From positions 90,001 to 122,000 of the forward strand of contig JAFVFD010000005.1 in the NCBI GenBank assembly GCA_017475605.1: a DNA stretch of 32,000 nt. Reading direction: 5' to 3'. The notes beneath the pieces are model-generated. The model saw only the letters and a program-made list of their open reading frames with translations. It did no database searches and had not been told where the DNA came from. Of this stretch, positions 1 to 7,657 are shown in pieces. Source of the stretch: Alphaproteobacteria bacterium. Lineage in GTDB: Bacteria > Pseudomonadota > Alphaproteobacteria > Rs-D84. Each line of letters starts with the position of its first letter. The stretch's first letter is position 1. A program made the translations under genes and the position numbers.

Positions 1-573
1 AACAGTATCCGGTGTGGCAACAATTTCTGTTTTCTGTTCCGGACATGGAGTTGGTTTCACCGGTGCCGACTTCGCTGGCTGCGCTGGTTTAACAGGTGCT
101 GGTTTTGCCGGTTTCACAGGCTGTGCTGGTTTTGCCGGTTTTGCAGGCTTTTTGGCTGGCTTGGCCGGCTTTTTAGCCTGTTTCGCTGGTTTTTCACATT
201 TGCAGCAATCACATTTGTTTTTCGCATCCTTGCAATCACAACCTGTCTTATTACCTTGGCATGCGCAAGCCTTGGCTTCACGACAAACCGCCAAAGAATC
301 ACGCAAATCTGCTATTGTGGAATCACGTACGACAATTGTATCGCGCAAAGCGGAATTTTCATCATTCAATTCACTAATGCGCCCATTTGCCGCTTCGACT
401 GCGTTGCTGGCATCTGTCAATGCTGTATTGTTCTTTGAAACAAGTGTATGCCATTCCTGTGCTTCATCACGTGCAGCACGTTTATCGCTGCACTGTTTAA
501 CACCGAAAACAATAGCGATAACCGCAACCGTTCCCAGTGCGATATTTGCCCAAGTTCTTTTATCCATAGCCAT
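1..573 (-). CDS. Partial membrane-anchored protein (3' end lies beyond the window edge). It has an N-terminal TM helix, a coiled-coil-like segment, a dense Cys cluster and a Pro/Ala/Lys repeat region.
   Basis: Absent from the ORF track because no stop codon lies in the window. Reading the reverse complement from ATG 573..571 gives MAMDKRTWANIALGTVAVIAIVFGVKQCSDKRAARDEAQEWH...CREAKACACQGNKTGCDCKDAKNKCDCCKCEKPAKQAKKPAKPAKKPAKPAKPAQPVKPAKPAPVKP..., open for 191 codons down to position 1. An AAAGGGA Shine-Dalgarno-like motif (revcomp of 580..586) lies 6 nt upstream. A TTGACA-17-TATATT promoter lies further upstream. Confidence 0.6.
   Translation of the reverse strand, partial: MAMDKRTWANIALGTVAVIAIVFGVKQCSDKRAARDEAQEWHTLVSKNNTALTDASNAVEAANGRISELNDENSALRDTIVVRDSTIADLRDSLAVCREAKACACQGNKTGCDCKDAKNKCDCCKCEKPAKQAKKPAKPAKKPAKPAKPAQPVKPAKPAPVKPAQPAKSAPVKPTPCPEQKTEIVATPDTV
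96..141. repeat. 19-nt perfect direct repeat gtgctggttttgccggttt (96..114 and 123..141, 27-nt period) inside the PAK-repeat coding region
   Basis: Read directly from the sequence. On the minus strand it encodes successive KPAKPA units. Confidence 0.8.
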
Positions 574-605
574 TTTTTATCCCTTTGGTTATACTTGATG
601 ACTAA

Positions 606-634
606 AATATAGACAAAATATTATGTTTTGTCAA
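606..634 (-). promoter_or_regulatory. Sigma70-type promoter for the 1..573 gene: TTGACA (revcomp of 629..634), 17-nt spacer, TATATT (revcomp of 606..611)
   Basis: Perfect -35 hexamer, 17-nt spacer and a 5/6 -10 match, about 30 nt upstream of the ATG at 573. Confidence 0.5.
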
Positions 635-674
635 GTATAAATTTCATTTTTATTATTTTATCTTGTTTTTCCCT

Positions 675-703
675 TTGCGCCCCACACCGTTTTTTGATAT
701 AAT
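675..703 (+). promoter_or_regulatory. Extended -10 promoter for the 720..7642 gene string: TTGCGC (675..680), 17-nt spacer ending in TGa, TATAAT (698..703)
   Basis: Perfect TATAAT preceded by TG at 695..696 (the TGnTATAAT form). It ends 16 nt upstream of the ATG at 720. Confidence 0.5.
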
Positions 704-719
704 TAGGCATCAGAGAGAA

Positions 720-1580
720 ATGATAAAAAAACTTGCTTTTGTAATACTATCTTGTGCGCTGGTGCCTGTGGTTGGGCATTCGGCGTGTTCACGCGCGAAT
801 TTAACACGTTGTTTGGATTCTGCGTGTGCGGTTAACATATCGTCAAATCCGGCGGCACGTTGTCAATATTGTGGTACTGCGGATGCCGGCGAACCGAACG
901 ACGCGGGGTTGCGTGCCGTATCCGTTGGAACATCTGCGAAATACAATATTTCGGCGCGCGATTTGAAAAGCGCCCCAACCGATCCCGGCGAACGCTATGT
1001 TTGGGCATCAAAAAAATGTATTTCTATTGTTGATGGCTGTACCGCGGACGATGTGTCGGATGTGTACGATAAATTAATTGAACAATCTTGTACCGCCGCG
1101 GGAATAAGTGCACAAATGGCCGTACTATTCGAAAATGCGCGCAAGGTTAAGACAGAATCTGCATGTAAATCTGAAATAACGGCGTGTATGGTTGGCGAAG
1201 CAAAATGTACTTCTAAATACAGCGGCTGTGCCGAAGATGCCGATTTTGATAAATATTTTTCGGAATGTTCCATCGCATCTGTTGGTTGTGATGCGTATTT
1301 GTCGGACATCCGTTCAACACTTGCCACCGCACGCGATCGCGCAATTAAAAACGCCGAGGAAACACTTTTGGCCATTGTCCAATCGTACAGGGATGCGCGT
1401 GCAAAACGTTTGGCTGCAATTACCAAATCGTGCGATGATAACTCTGCGCGCGACGCGTGTATAACATCTGTATGTAACCGCAGTATGCCGAACAAGTGCG
1501 ATGCGGCATATCCATCTGAAAAATCTATGGCAACACAGTTGTGCAAGTTTTATGACATAGCGTGTTCGACATTAAAATAA
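720..1580 (+). CDS. Secreted cysteine-rich protein, small member of the Cys-module family (about 20 Cys in the mature chain by my count)
   Basis: The track ORF 663..1580 starts at a TTG. The first ATG (720) gives a classic signal peptide, MIKKLAFVILSCALVPVVGHS. Cys modules: CSRANLTRCLDSACAVNISSNPAARCQYC (786..875) and CKSEITACMVGEAKCTSKYSGC (1164..1229). A helical Arg/Ala-rich stretch precedes further Cys pairs. Confidence 0.75.
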   Translation: MIKKLAFVILSCALVPVVGHSACSRANLTRCLDSACAVNISSNPAARCQYCGTADAGEPNDAGLRAVSVGTSAKYNISARDLKSAPTDPGERYVWASKKCISIVDGCTADDVSDVYDKLIEQSCTAAGISAQMAVLFENARKVKTESACKSEITACMVGEAKCTSKYSGCAEDADFDKYFSECSIASVGCDAYLSDIRSTLATARDRAIKNAEETLLAIVQSYRDARAKRLAAITKSCDDNSARDACITSVCNRSMPNKCDAAYPSEKSMATQLCKFYDIACSTLK

Positions 1581-1587
1581 ACGGAAT

Positions 1588-3624
1588 ATGTTGAAAATGA
1601 ATACGAACAGAACCGGAATCTTTGGCAGAAAAATTTGTAGTGTGGCCTTTATTATTTTGGCGGTCGTTGCCGATGCGTCGGCTGCAAATGTGGTCCAGCG
1701 AAATACGGTATCTTCAACAAATCGGGTTTCGGCCACACGTCCATCCGCCGCGGCATCTCGTATGCCAACAATGATGGTTAATGTTGGCGCAACATCACAA
1801 AGCACAACACCGGCAGTATCGGACACACCCGCCACGACAACAACGAAAACCACAACTACAAACACCCCGGAACCAACACCAAACATTGAAAACAAATCAT
1901 CACAATTTGGTACGGGCCTTACATCTAAATCAGAAACCCAGATTGACACCGCGGCAACAAACCTGGCTGAATTGGTCCGCGCACAACGTGCTGCACTGGA
2001 TGCGGCGGATGCGACCGCGGCAATAACTGCGGCGGCACAAACCGTTACAATCAACGGGGAAAACTCCTGTGATACCGCGTTGCGTGAATGTATGATTGGC
2101 AAATGTGGTTCTAATTTTGCAAAATGCGTTTCCGATACAGATACTACATTTTTCGATAAAATGGACACATGCCGTCGCACAACGAATTGTACCGGCCATG
2201 AATATCAATTGTTTTCCGTTGAAATCAAGGCCGATCGTGATTTAAACGCAATGCTGGCAAATTATAACGCGACAATCGATTGCGGTAATAATTACGATTC
2301 TTGTATTATCGCACAGTGTGGGGCTAATTATTCCAAATGTATTGGTAAAAGTGCCGGCGACACCGCAATTGCAAAATGCGAATCAATCGCGAAATCATGT
2401 ATTGAACGCGATTCCGGTTTGGCAATGCGAACAATGGGTGTATTTGGCGAACTACGCCAGGATGCCGAACGCCAGATAGCAACCGACGAACAAAAATTGT
2501 ATGCCCTGCGGGATAGAATGCGCACCCTTTGTACGCGTTTGGGTGCAATGTTTGACGAACGCAGTTTGGATTGTGTTTATACGGTTAATTTTTATGCTGG
2601 CAAGGACAACACGCTTTTCGCATCCAAAAAATTATATGCTGGTTCAACATTTGATTGCACACAAAATTGGTTCGGTATTGATGTAACAACATACCGCGAA
2701 AACGCACTCCGCGAAACACGCGCACAAACCGCGGCATCATCTGCGATGCTGGGGTCCGGTCTGGGCCAGGCCGTTGGTGCATTCACATCGGGCGCAATTG
2801 GTCGTGCCGTTGACCGGTTCCGCGCCGACAATGCCCTGGAAGATAAAATCAATGAATGTATGGAAACCCACAACATGACGGAATCAGAATGTCGCGCCAA
2901 GATTAGTCCATCATCTGAAAAAACGGACAAGACGGGAAATGCCAGCGAAACATTAAAGGCCGCCAAAGCACAATTTGATGATATTAAGAACAAGTTGGGT
3001 ACAGACGGTGAAGGAAGTTTTTCAACGGGCACTGTTTCATCTGCGGCCACAGCGGCAGCCGGTGCTGCAACATCCCAAGAAGATGGTTCGACTAAAGAAG
3101 AAGTTGTTGAAGAACAACCTGAAGACGAAGAGGTTTCAATGTCCACCCCAGATAATATAGACAAACCAGTAATCGACAAGAAACAAACAGATGACGTGTA
3201 TGATGTTAATTTGCCAACCTCTTTATCAACTGAACCAATAGCTATCATCAACGGAAAACTTAAGGTAAATGTTGACAATAAGTACGCAGATGCCATTAGA
3301 AACTTTGTGAAAGACGAACGCTGGAAAGGTTCTGAAAAGAAACCACAGATATATAAAAATGTCCCCAACCAAACAATAGAGATAAGTTTATATAATAAGG
3401 CCTGGACTATAAACAAAGACTTGCATGACAAATGGTTGAAAACTACAAAAGTCGATTCAAACAATTATCCTAATGATGAAATGTTTTCAGTTTGTTCAAC
3501 ACTAGAAAGCCAGTATTGTAATGGTTTAGACAACTGTGGCATAAGTTATGTCGGTCGTCATAGTGGCACAGAAGCCAACTATTACTATGGTTGCTACATC
3601 TCTGTGCCATACAGCGAACAATAA
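1588..3624 (+). CDS. Secreted cysteine-rich protein of the Cys-module family, with a Thr/Pro linker, a glycine-zipper-like segment, an acidic linker and an AT-rich C-terminal domain of unknown function
   Basis: Signal peptide ...ICSVAFIILAVVADASA; the start could be 1588 or the ATG at 1597. Modules: CDTALRECMIGKCGSNFAKC (2068..2127) and CGNNYDSCIIAQCGANYSKC (2281..2340). Gly-rich segment MLGSGLGQAVGAFTSGAIGRAV (about 2734..2812). The start lies 7 nt after the upstream stop. Confidence 0.8.
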   Translation: MLKMNTNRTGIFGRKICSVAFIILAVVADASAANVVQRNTVSSTNRVSATRPSAAASRMPTMMVNVGATSQSTTPAVSDTPATTTTKTTTTNTPEPTPNIENKSSQFGTGLTSKSETQIDTAATNLAELVRAQRAALDAADATAAITAAAQTVTINGENSCDTALRECMIGKCGSNFAKCVSDTDTTFFDKMDTCRRTTNCTGHEYQLFSVEIKADRDLNAMLANYNATIDCGNNYDSCIIAQCGANYSKCIGKSAGDTAIAKCESIAKSCIERDSGLAMRTMGVFGELRQDAERQIATDEQKLYALRDRMRTLCTRLGAMFDERSLDCVYTVNFYAGKDNTLFASKKLYAGSTFDCTQNWFGIDVTTYRENALRETRAQTAASSAMLGSGLGQAVGAFTSGAIGRAVDRFRADNALEDKINECMETHNMTESECRAKISPSSEKTDKTGNASETLKAAKAQFDDIKNKLGTDGEGSFSTGTVSSAATAAAGAATSQEDGSTKEEVVEEQPEDEEVSMSTPDNIDKPVIDKKQTDDVYDVNLPTSLSTEPIAIINGKLKVNVDNKYADAIRNFVKDERWKGSEKKPQIYKNVPNQTIEISLYNKAWTINKDLHDKWLKTTKVDSNNYPNDEMFSVCSTLESQYCNGLDNCGISYVGRHSGTEANYYYGCYISVPYSEQ

Positions 3625-3652
3625 AGTAAACGAATAAGAATTACAAAAGACA

Positions 3653-6600
3653 ATGAAAAAATTATTGATTGCTTTTTTATTTATCGTATCTGTAATACCG
3701 GCGGCATTTTCCGCACAGTCTGATGTGTATTCATGTGGTATTGCGTCATCCGCTTCTGCACCGAATATAGTTCCCGCAGACAATTGTATTCCCCAGGATA
3801 TTTTACGGGACTATCGTGTTATCAAGGGAACCGTTGTCAAGGCAAAAACAGATTCCAGGGAAAAGGTCGAACTTGTTTCCATACGTTTTACCCCGAAAGA
3901 TAAATCTCAATCAAAAGAATTAATGTTCATCGCCAGCCCACATTTCGCATTTTATATCAAGAAAGGTATAGATGGTGATATTTCTTTTACTGCCGATGGA
4001 TATCAAACACTTATATTACACCCACGTGATTTTGATGAAACCATGGGACGTTATGTTGAAATGGTACCCCAAAGTGCAGCCCCAACCACTACAGCACATG
4101 CTGTTGAAAGTCCAACAACACCAACATCTACCCCTGAAGCAAATAAAGCTGCAACCAGCACAACGCGCACACGTGCATCTACGCGTTCAGGTTCTACGCC
4201 ACCAACAAATGGCGGTTCTGCCACTACCGCAACAGTACATAAAAAAATTAACGGCAAGATTATCGAAGGTGACACAAAATTACCCGCTATTGGCGCATAC
4301 GTTACCCCACGTGGTGTCAAATCGTCCCCGTCTAATTCGGGTATAGCCGATGAAACAGGTGCTTTTCATATTGAAATGTTCCCTGCAAACACCGACGCAG
4401 AGGTGTCGTATATGGGGTACACAACAAGAATAGTTTCCGCATCACAAATGAATGATGGGATGAATATTACACTTCAGCCATCTACAGAAACTTTGGACAA
4501 GGCGGTCCTTTCCATTGTTGATTGTGGCAAAGAAAAGCGTGCAGAATTACACGCACTTACAGCCGAAGTATTAAACAACACAACGTGTATTCCAACATCT
4601 TGTGAAAATGGTTATATTTTGGAAAAACCTAAAAACATTGATGCAAAATGTACATCTTGTACAGGTCGTGTTCCCCTGGCCCGCACAGTAACAGTTGAAA
4701 ACAACCAATGTGTTCCTGACAGATGCGAAACAAACCTGGTACGCGTTGGCAATCAATGCTTGGTCGATTGTGATAAATTCAAATCTAAATTAAATGCCAA
4801 GACGGTAACACGAAAGACCCCCGGGCCAACAACTATTGCCCCAAACAATGACTATTCTTCATTTTGTAACATAGAAAGTTGTATAAACCATTCTTTCAAA
4901 AAAATTGATAATCAGTGTGTCTTACAAACAGACAAAGAATGTGATGATGTCGCCAAAAACATTAAATATGCATCGCCAAAAGGTAAATATATATACGATC
5001 GCAAGACCGATACTCTTATCTGCATTCCGGACTCTTGTACAGCAACGGGATATGTTGTTAATAAGACTACTGGTCAATGCGAATTAAAAGATAACAATTG
5101 CCCTGCTGAAATCTTGGAAAAGATGGATCCAAATGCATCGGCGGGCAGTATAAAAGAACGTGACCCCATCACAGGTGTTGCCAAAACATGCGAAATTACA
5201 GGGTGTAATAATTCCATGACCCCTAATTCCAACGGCACCAAATGCGTCAATTCGCAATGTGGCTGCGGTCAAACTTGGGATTCAACAAAAGATGAATGTG
5301 TGTCAAAAACCGAAAGAACATGCAGTGTAAAAAATGTAAAACACGCAAAGCCGTCTGGAAAATTACAATGCCAAAACACAACAAGCATGGCATTGTCTGA
5401 CGCATGCGACAAGAATACTAGTTGTAAAGAAATCTGTGCTGTTACAGAATGTGAAGACGATTACAAATTAAACCAACAAAACAATTCTTGTGATGTTCCA
5501 ACCGGTGAATGCGATTTTACTGGCGACAAACAATTCGCCAAAGACAAAGGTATTTGGAAAGAAAAATCAGGTGTGTTGGTTTGTGAACCCATCTGTAATG
5601 GCACAAACTATGAACTTGACTGGAACCCCCAAGAAAAGAAGTATAACGGTTGCAAAGTTAAATATTGTCCATGTGGTTCAATCTTGGATGACTCGACAAA
5701 GTCTTGTAAAACATGGGCCGAACTTGGTAAATCTAACTGCGACCCGATGCCGACTGGCGCAACAGCGGCCACCCGCAGTTGTCGCGATAATTCCAGTGGT
5801 GTCGAAACCACCAACTGTGCCGACGGTACATGTACAGAATTCTGTAAGATAACCGCGTGTGATACGGCCGCCGGATATATATTAAAGGATGGCACATGTG
5901 AATCTCAGGTTGGCAAACCATGTACCGCCGAGCAATTGCCAGAAAACGCGGTGGCGGGAACACAACGCGAAAACAATGGCAAGATAGAATGTGTTATCAG
6001 CAAATGCGCCAACGGATTTGAGGTTCGCCCTGATGAATTGTCCTGTGCACCCAAAATGGTATTAAGTCCGGAACAATACCAAGATGAAATCGCCGAACTG
6101 GCCGACAACGCACAAAAAATGCATGAACGTGAAACATCGTTGGAAAATCGTATATTGGGCGCGGCGGGAATTGGCGCAACGGGTATTGGTGGTACAATGA
6201 TTGGCGGCGCATTGGCCGAACGTCGTGCGGACGATGATGCGGAACGCGCAATGCGTGCATATCTGGAAACATTCCATTGCGATTATGGTAATGGTACGAA
6301 TGTAAAGGGTGGCGAAACAAATGTCGAATTACCGGGCGGTAACGATATGATTGGCCTTTACACCGAATACGCACAACTTGCCAATGATTTAAAGATTCGC
6401 AAGGAAGCCCTGGGCCTTCGTCCCGGCATTGAATCCGAGGTTGTTATTGACAAGGCCGAAACAGGTTTATACGAATACAGCAATAACGGTATTACCGGTG
6501 GAACGTACGCATCTATCGCACGTGCCCTGCTGAACCCAGACGGCGAAGATGCAAAGATGTGGGCCGCGCAACGCGCCGCCACCGACAGCAAATTAAAAAC

Positions 6601-7642
6601 AGGTGCAATTGTCGCCGGTGTTGGTACGGTGGGTTCCCTGGTCGGCAACATCGCAATCAATCATGGCAAGGGAAATAATGCAAAAGAGATTATAGCAAGA
6701 TATGAAAAATTACGCGCACCACTTGCCGTGGCCGCTGAACATGCCAACACACCGTATACCCCGGGTGATAATTCGCTTGATTGTTCTAGATTTACCGGAA
6801 CCACAGGTGTTGGTAAATCACCAAACTGCGTATGCGCAGACCCAACAAACACAAGATTTAACTATGACCGTGGTGGTTGTGTTCCATGCGAAAGCAACAA
6901 GGTATATAATCAAAACGACGAATGTGTGTGCCCAAGTGCAACACCACGTTGGAACGATGCGACAAATCGTTGCGAGTCAGAACCAACCGTTTGTCCATTG
7001 GCAAATAAATTAAAACACGCCACAAAATGTGAATGTGTTGAAAACGCAAGTGCGCCAGACGGCAAAAATTGCCAATGCAAAACAGACGAAGGTTTCGAAG
7101 AAAAAGACGGTCAATGCGTTCAGAAAGAAGTACCACCAGAACACGAATCTGGATCAGAAATTGGAAAATTCTCGTTCTCGGCAGATGCCCTTTTCGCGTC
7201 AAGTCGCTGGGAAATCAAATCTGACAAGCTTACTCAACTGCGCAGCGATTTGGCAAATGCAAAACAAACTGCGACAACCGAAAAAATTGATTTGAACGCG
7301 GACGATTATTGTGTCGTCGTCGTTGGAAAAACCGACCGCACACAATATCCTAAAAACAGTTCTATGAACAATACAAAACTGTCTTTGTATCGCGCAAATG
7401 CCATCAAAAACGAATTAAAAACTGTATTCAAAGAATCTAATATACTTACCTATGGCATCGCAGCGAAAGACTGTCCGAAAACAAAATATCCCAGGGCAAA
7501 TACCGCCGATTGCCGTCGTGTAGATGTTACTTGGTTGGCAGGATCATGCGAAGACAATAAAAATAATACAACAAATTGGATTAGCAATGTCGCAGAAGCA
7601 ACAGATGCTATATCAGAATTACAGAGTTTATTAAAAAAATAA
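3653..7642 (+). CDS. Giant mosaic envelope protein (1329 aa). Order: signal peptide, one or two CarboxypepD_reg-like beta-sandwich domains, at least 8 Cys repeats, two glycine-zipper-like segments, EGF-like Cys repeats, C-terminal OmpA_C-like domain.
   Basis: Signal peptide MKKLLIAFLFIVSVIPAAFSA. INGKIIEGDTKLPAIGAYV...DETGAFHIEMFPANTDAEVSYMGYTTRIV...NITLQPS (about 4241..4483) matches the CarboxypepD_reg pattern. Repeats of the form C-x3-4-C-x2-3-[GY]-x-[LV]-x4-7-C include CIPTSCENGYIL, CIPDSCTATGYVVNKTTGQC, CKITACDTAAGYILKDGTC and CVISKCANGFEVRPDELSC. ILGAAGIGATGIGGTMIGGALAERR lies at 6153..6220 and GAIVAGVGTVGSLVGNIAINHG at 6601..6666. CQCKTDEGFEEKDGQC is EGF-like. The C-terminus ...VVVVGKTDRTQ...NNTKLSLYRANAIKNEL...CRRVDVTW (about 7168..7540) fits OmpA_C (GhTD...N..LS..RA...RRV). 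Confidence 0.85.
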   Translation: MKKLLIAFLFIVSVIPAAFSAQSDVYSCGIASSASAPNIVPADNCIPQDILRDYRVIKGTVVKAKTDSREKVELVSIRFTPKDKSQSKELMFIASPHFAFYIKKGIDGDISFTADGYQTLILHPRDFDETMGRYVEMVPQSAAPTTTAHAVESPTTPTSTPEANKAATSTTRTRASTRSGSTPPTNGGSATTATVHKKINGKIIEGDTKLPAIGAYVTPRGVKSSPSNSGIADETGAFHIEMFPANTDAEVSYMGYTTRIVSASQMNDGMNITLQPSTETLDKAVLSIVDCGKEKRAELHALTAEVLNNTTCIPTSCENGYILEKPKNIDAKCTSCTGRVPLARTVTVENNQCVPDRCETNLVRVGNQCLVDCDKFKSKLNAKTVTRKTPGPTTIAPNNDYSSFCNIESCINHSFKKIDNQCVLQTDKECDDVAKNIKYASPKGKYIYDRKTDTLICIPDSCTATGYVVNKTTGQCELKDNNCPAEILEKMDPNASAGSIKERDPITGVAKTCEITGCNNSMTPNSNGTKCVNSQCGCGQTWDSTKDECVSKTERTCSVKNVKHAKPSGKLQCQNTTSMALSDACDKNTSCKEICAVTECEDDYKLNQQNNSCDVPTGECDFTGDKQFAKDKGIWKEKSGVLVCEPICNGTNYELDWNPQEKKYNGCKVKYCPCGSILDDSTKSCKTWAELGKSNCDPMPTGATAATRSCRDNSSGVETTNCADGTCTEFCKITACDTAAGYILKDGTCESQVGKPCTAEQLPENAVAGTQRENNGKIECVISKCANGFEVRPDELSCAPKMVLSPEQYQDEIAELADNAQKMHERETSLENRILGAAGIGATGIGGTMIGGALAERRADDDAERAMRAYLETFHCDYGNGTNVKGGETNVELPGGNDMIGLYTEYAQLANDLKIRKEALGLRPGIESEVVIDKAETGLYEYSNNGITGGTYASIARALLNPDGEDAKMWAAQRAATDSKLKTGAIVAGVGTVGSLVGNIAINHGKGNNAKEIIARYEKLRAPLAVAAEHANTPYTPGDNSLDCSRFTGTTGVGKSPNCVCADPTNTRFNYDRGGCVPCESNKVYNQNDECVCPSATPRWNDATNRCESEPTVCPLANKLKHATKCECVENASAPDGKNCQCKTDEGFEEKDGQCVQKEVPPEHESGSEIGKFSFSADALFASSRWEIKSDKLTQLRSDLANAKQTATTEKIDLNADDYCVVVVGKTDRTQYPKNSSMNNTKLSLYRANAIKNELKTVFKESNILTYGIAAKDCPKTKYPRANTADCRRVDVTWLAGSCEDNKNNTTNWISNVAEATDAISELQSLLKK

Positions 7643-7657
7643 TATGATTGTTATTTG

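Noticed and set aside
14-598. 194-aa plus-strand ORF (MATISVFCSGHGVGFTGADFAGCAGLTGAGFAGF...)
   Set aside because: It is a shadow of the minus-strand gene 1..573. Its repetitive FAG/LAG translation is the antisense reading of KPA repeats. It has no RBS or promoter, whereas the minus strand has both plus a TM anchor.
663-719. Upstream TTG/alternative starts used by the ORF track (663, 18564, 22008, 22113, 26200, 26288, 30486)
   Set aside because: In each case the extension overlaps promoter elements, or lacks an RBS and adds residues in front of a canonical signal peptide. The first internal ATG has a better context. The true starts remain unverified.
995-3464. Long antisense ORFs opposite the Cys-rich genes (995..1546 -, 1572..2180 -, 2592..3464 -)
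   Set aside because: They have no signal peptides, RBS or promoters. The plus-strand frames carry signal peptides and the conserved Cys modules shared with paralogues elsewhere, so the plus strand is the coding one.
3150-3624. Idea that the AT-rich C-terminal ~150 aa of 1588..3624 is a polymorphic-toxin tip followed by an immunity gene
   Set aside because: The downstream gene is a 1329-aa signal-peptide protein, not a small cytoplasmic immunity protein. I saw no recognisable toxin motif and no pre-toxin or Rhs/PT-type domain. The compositional shift is kept only as a separate observation.
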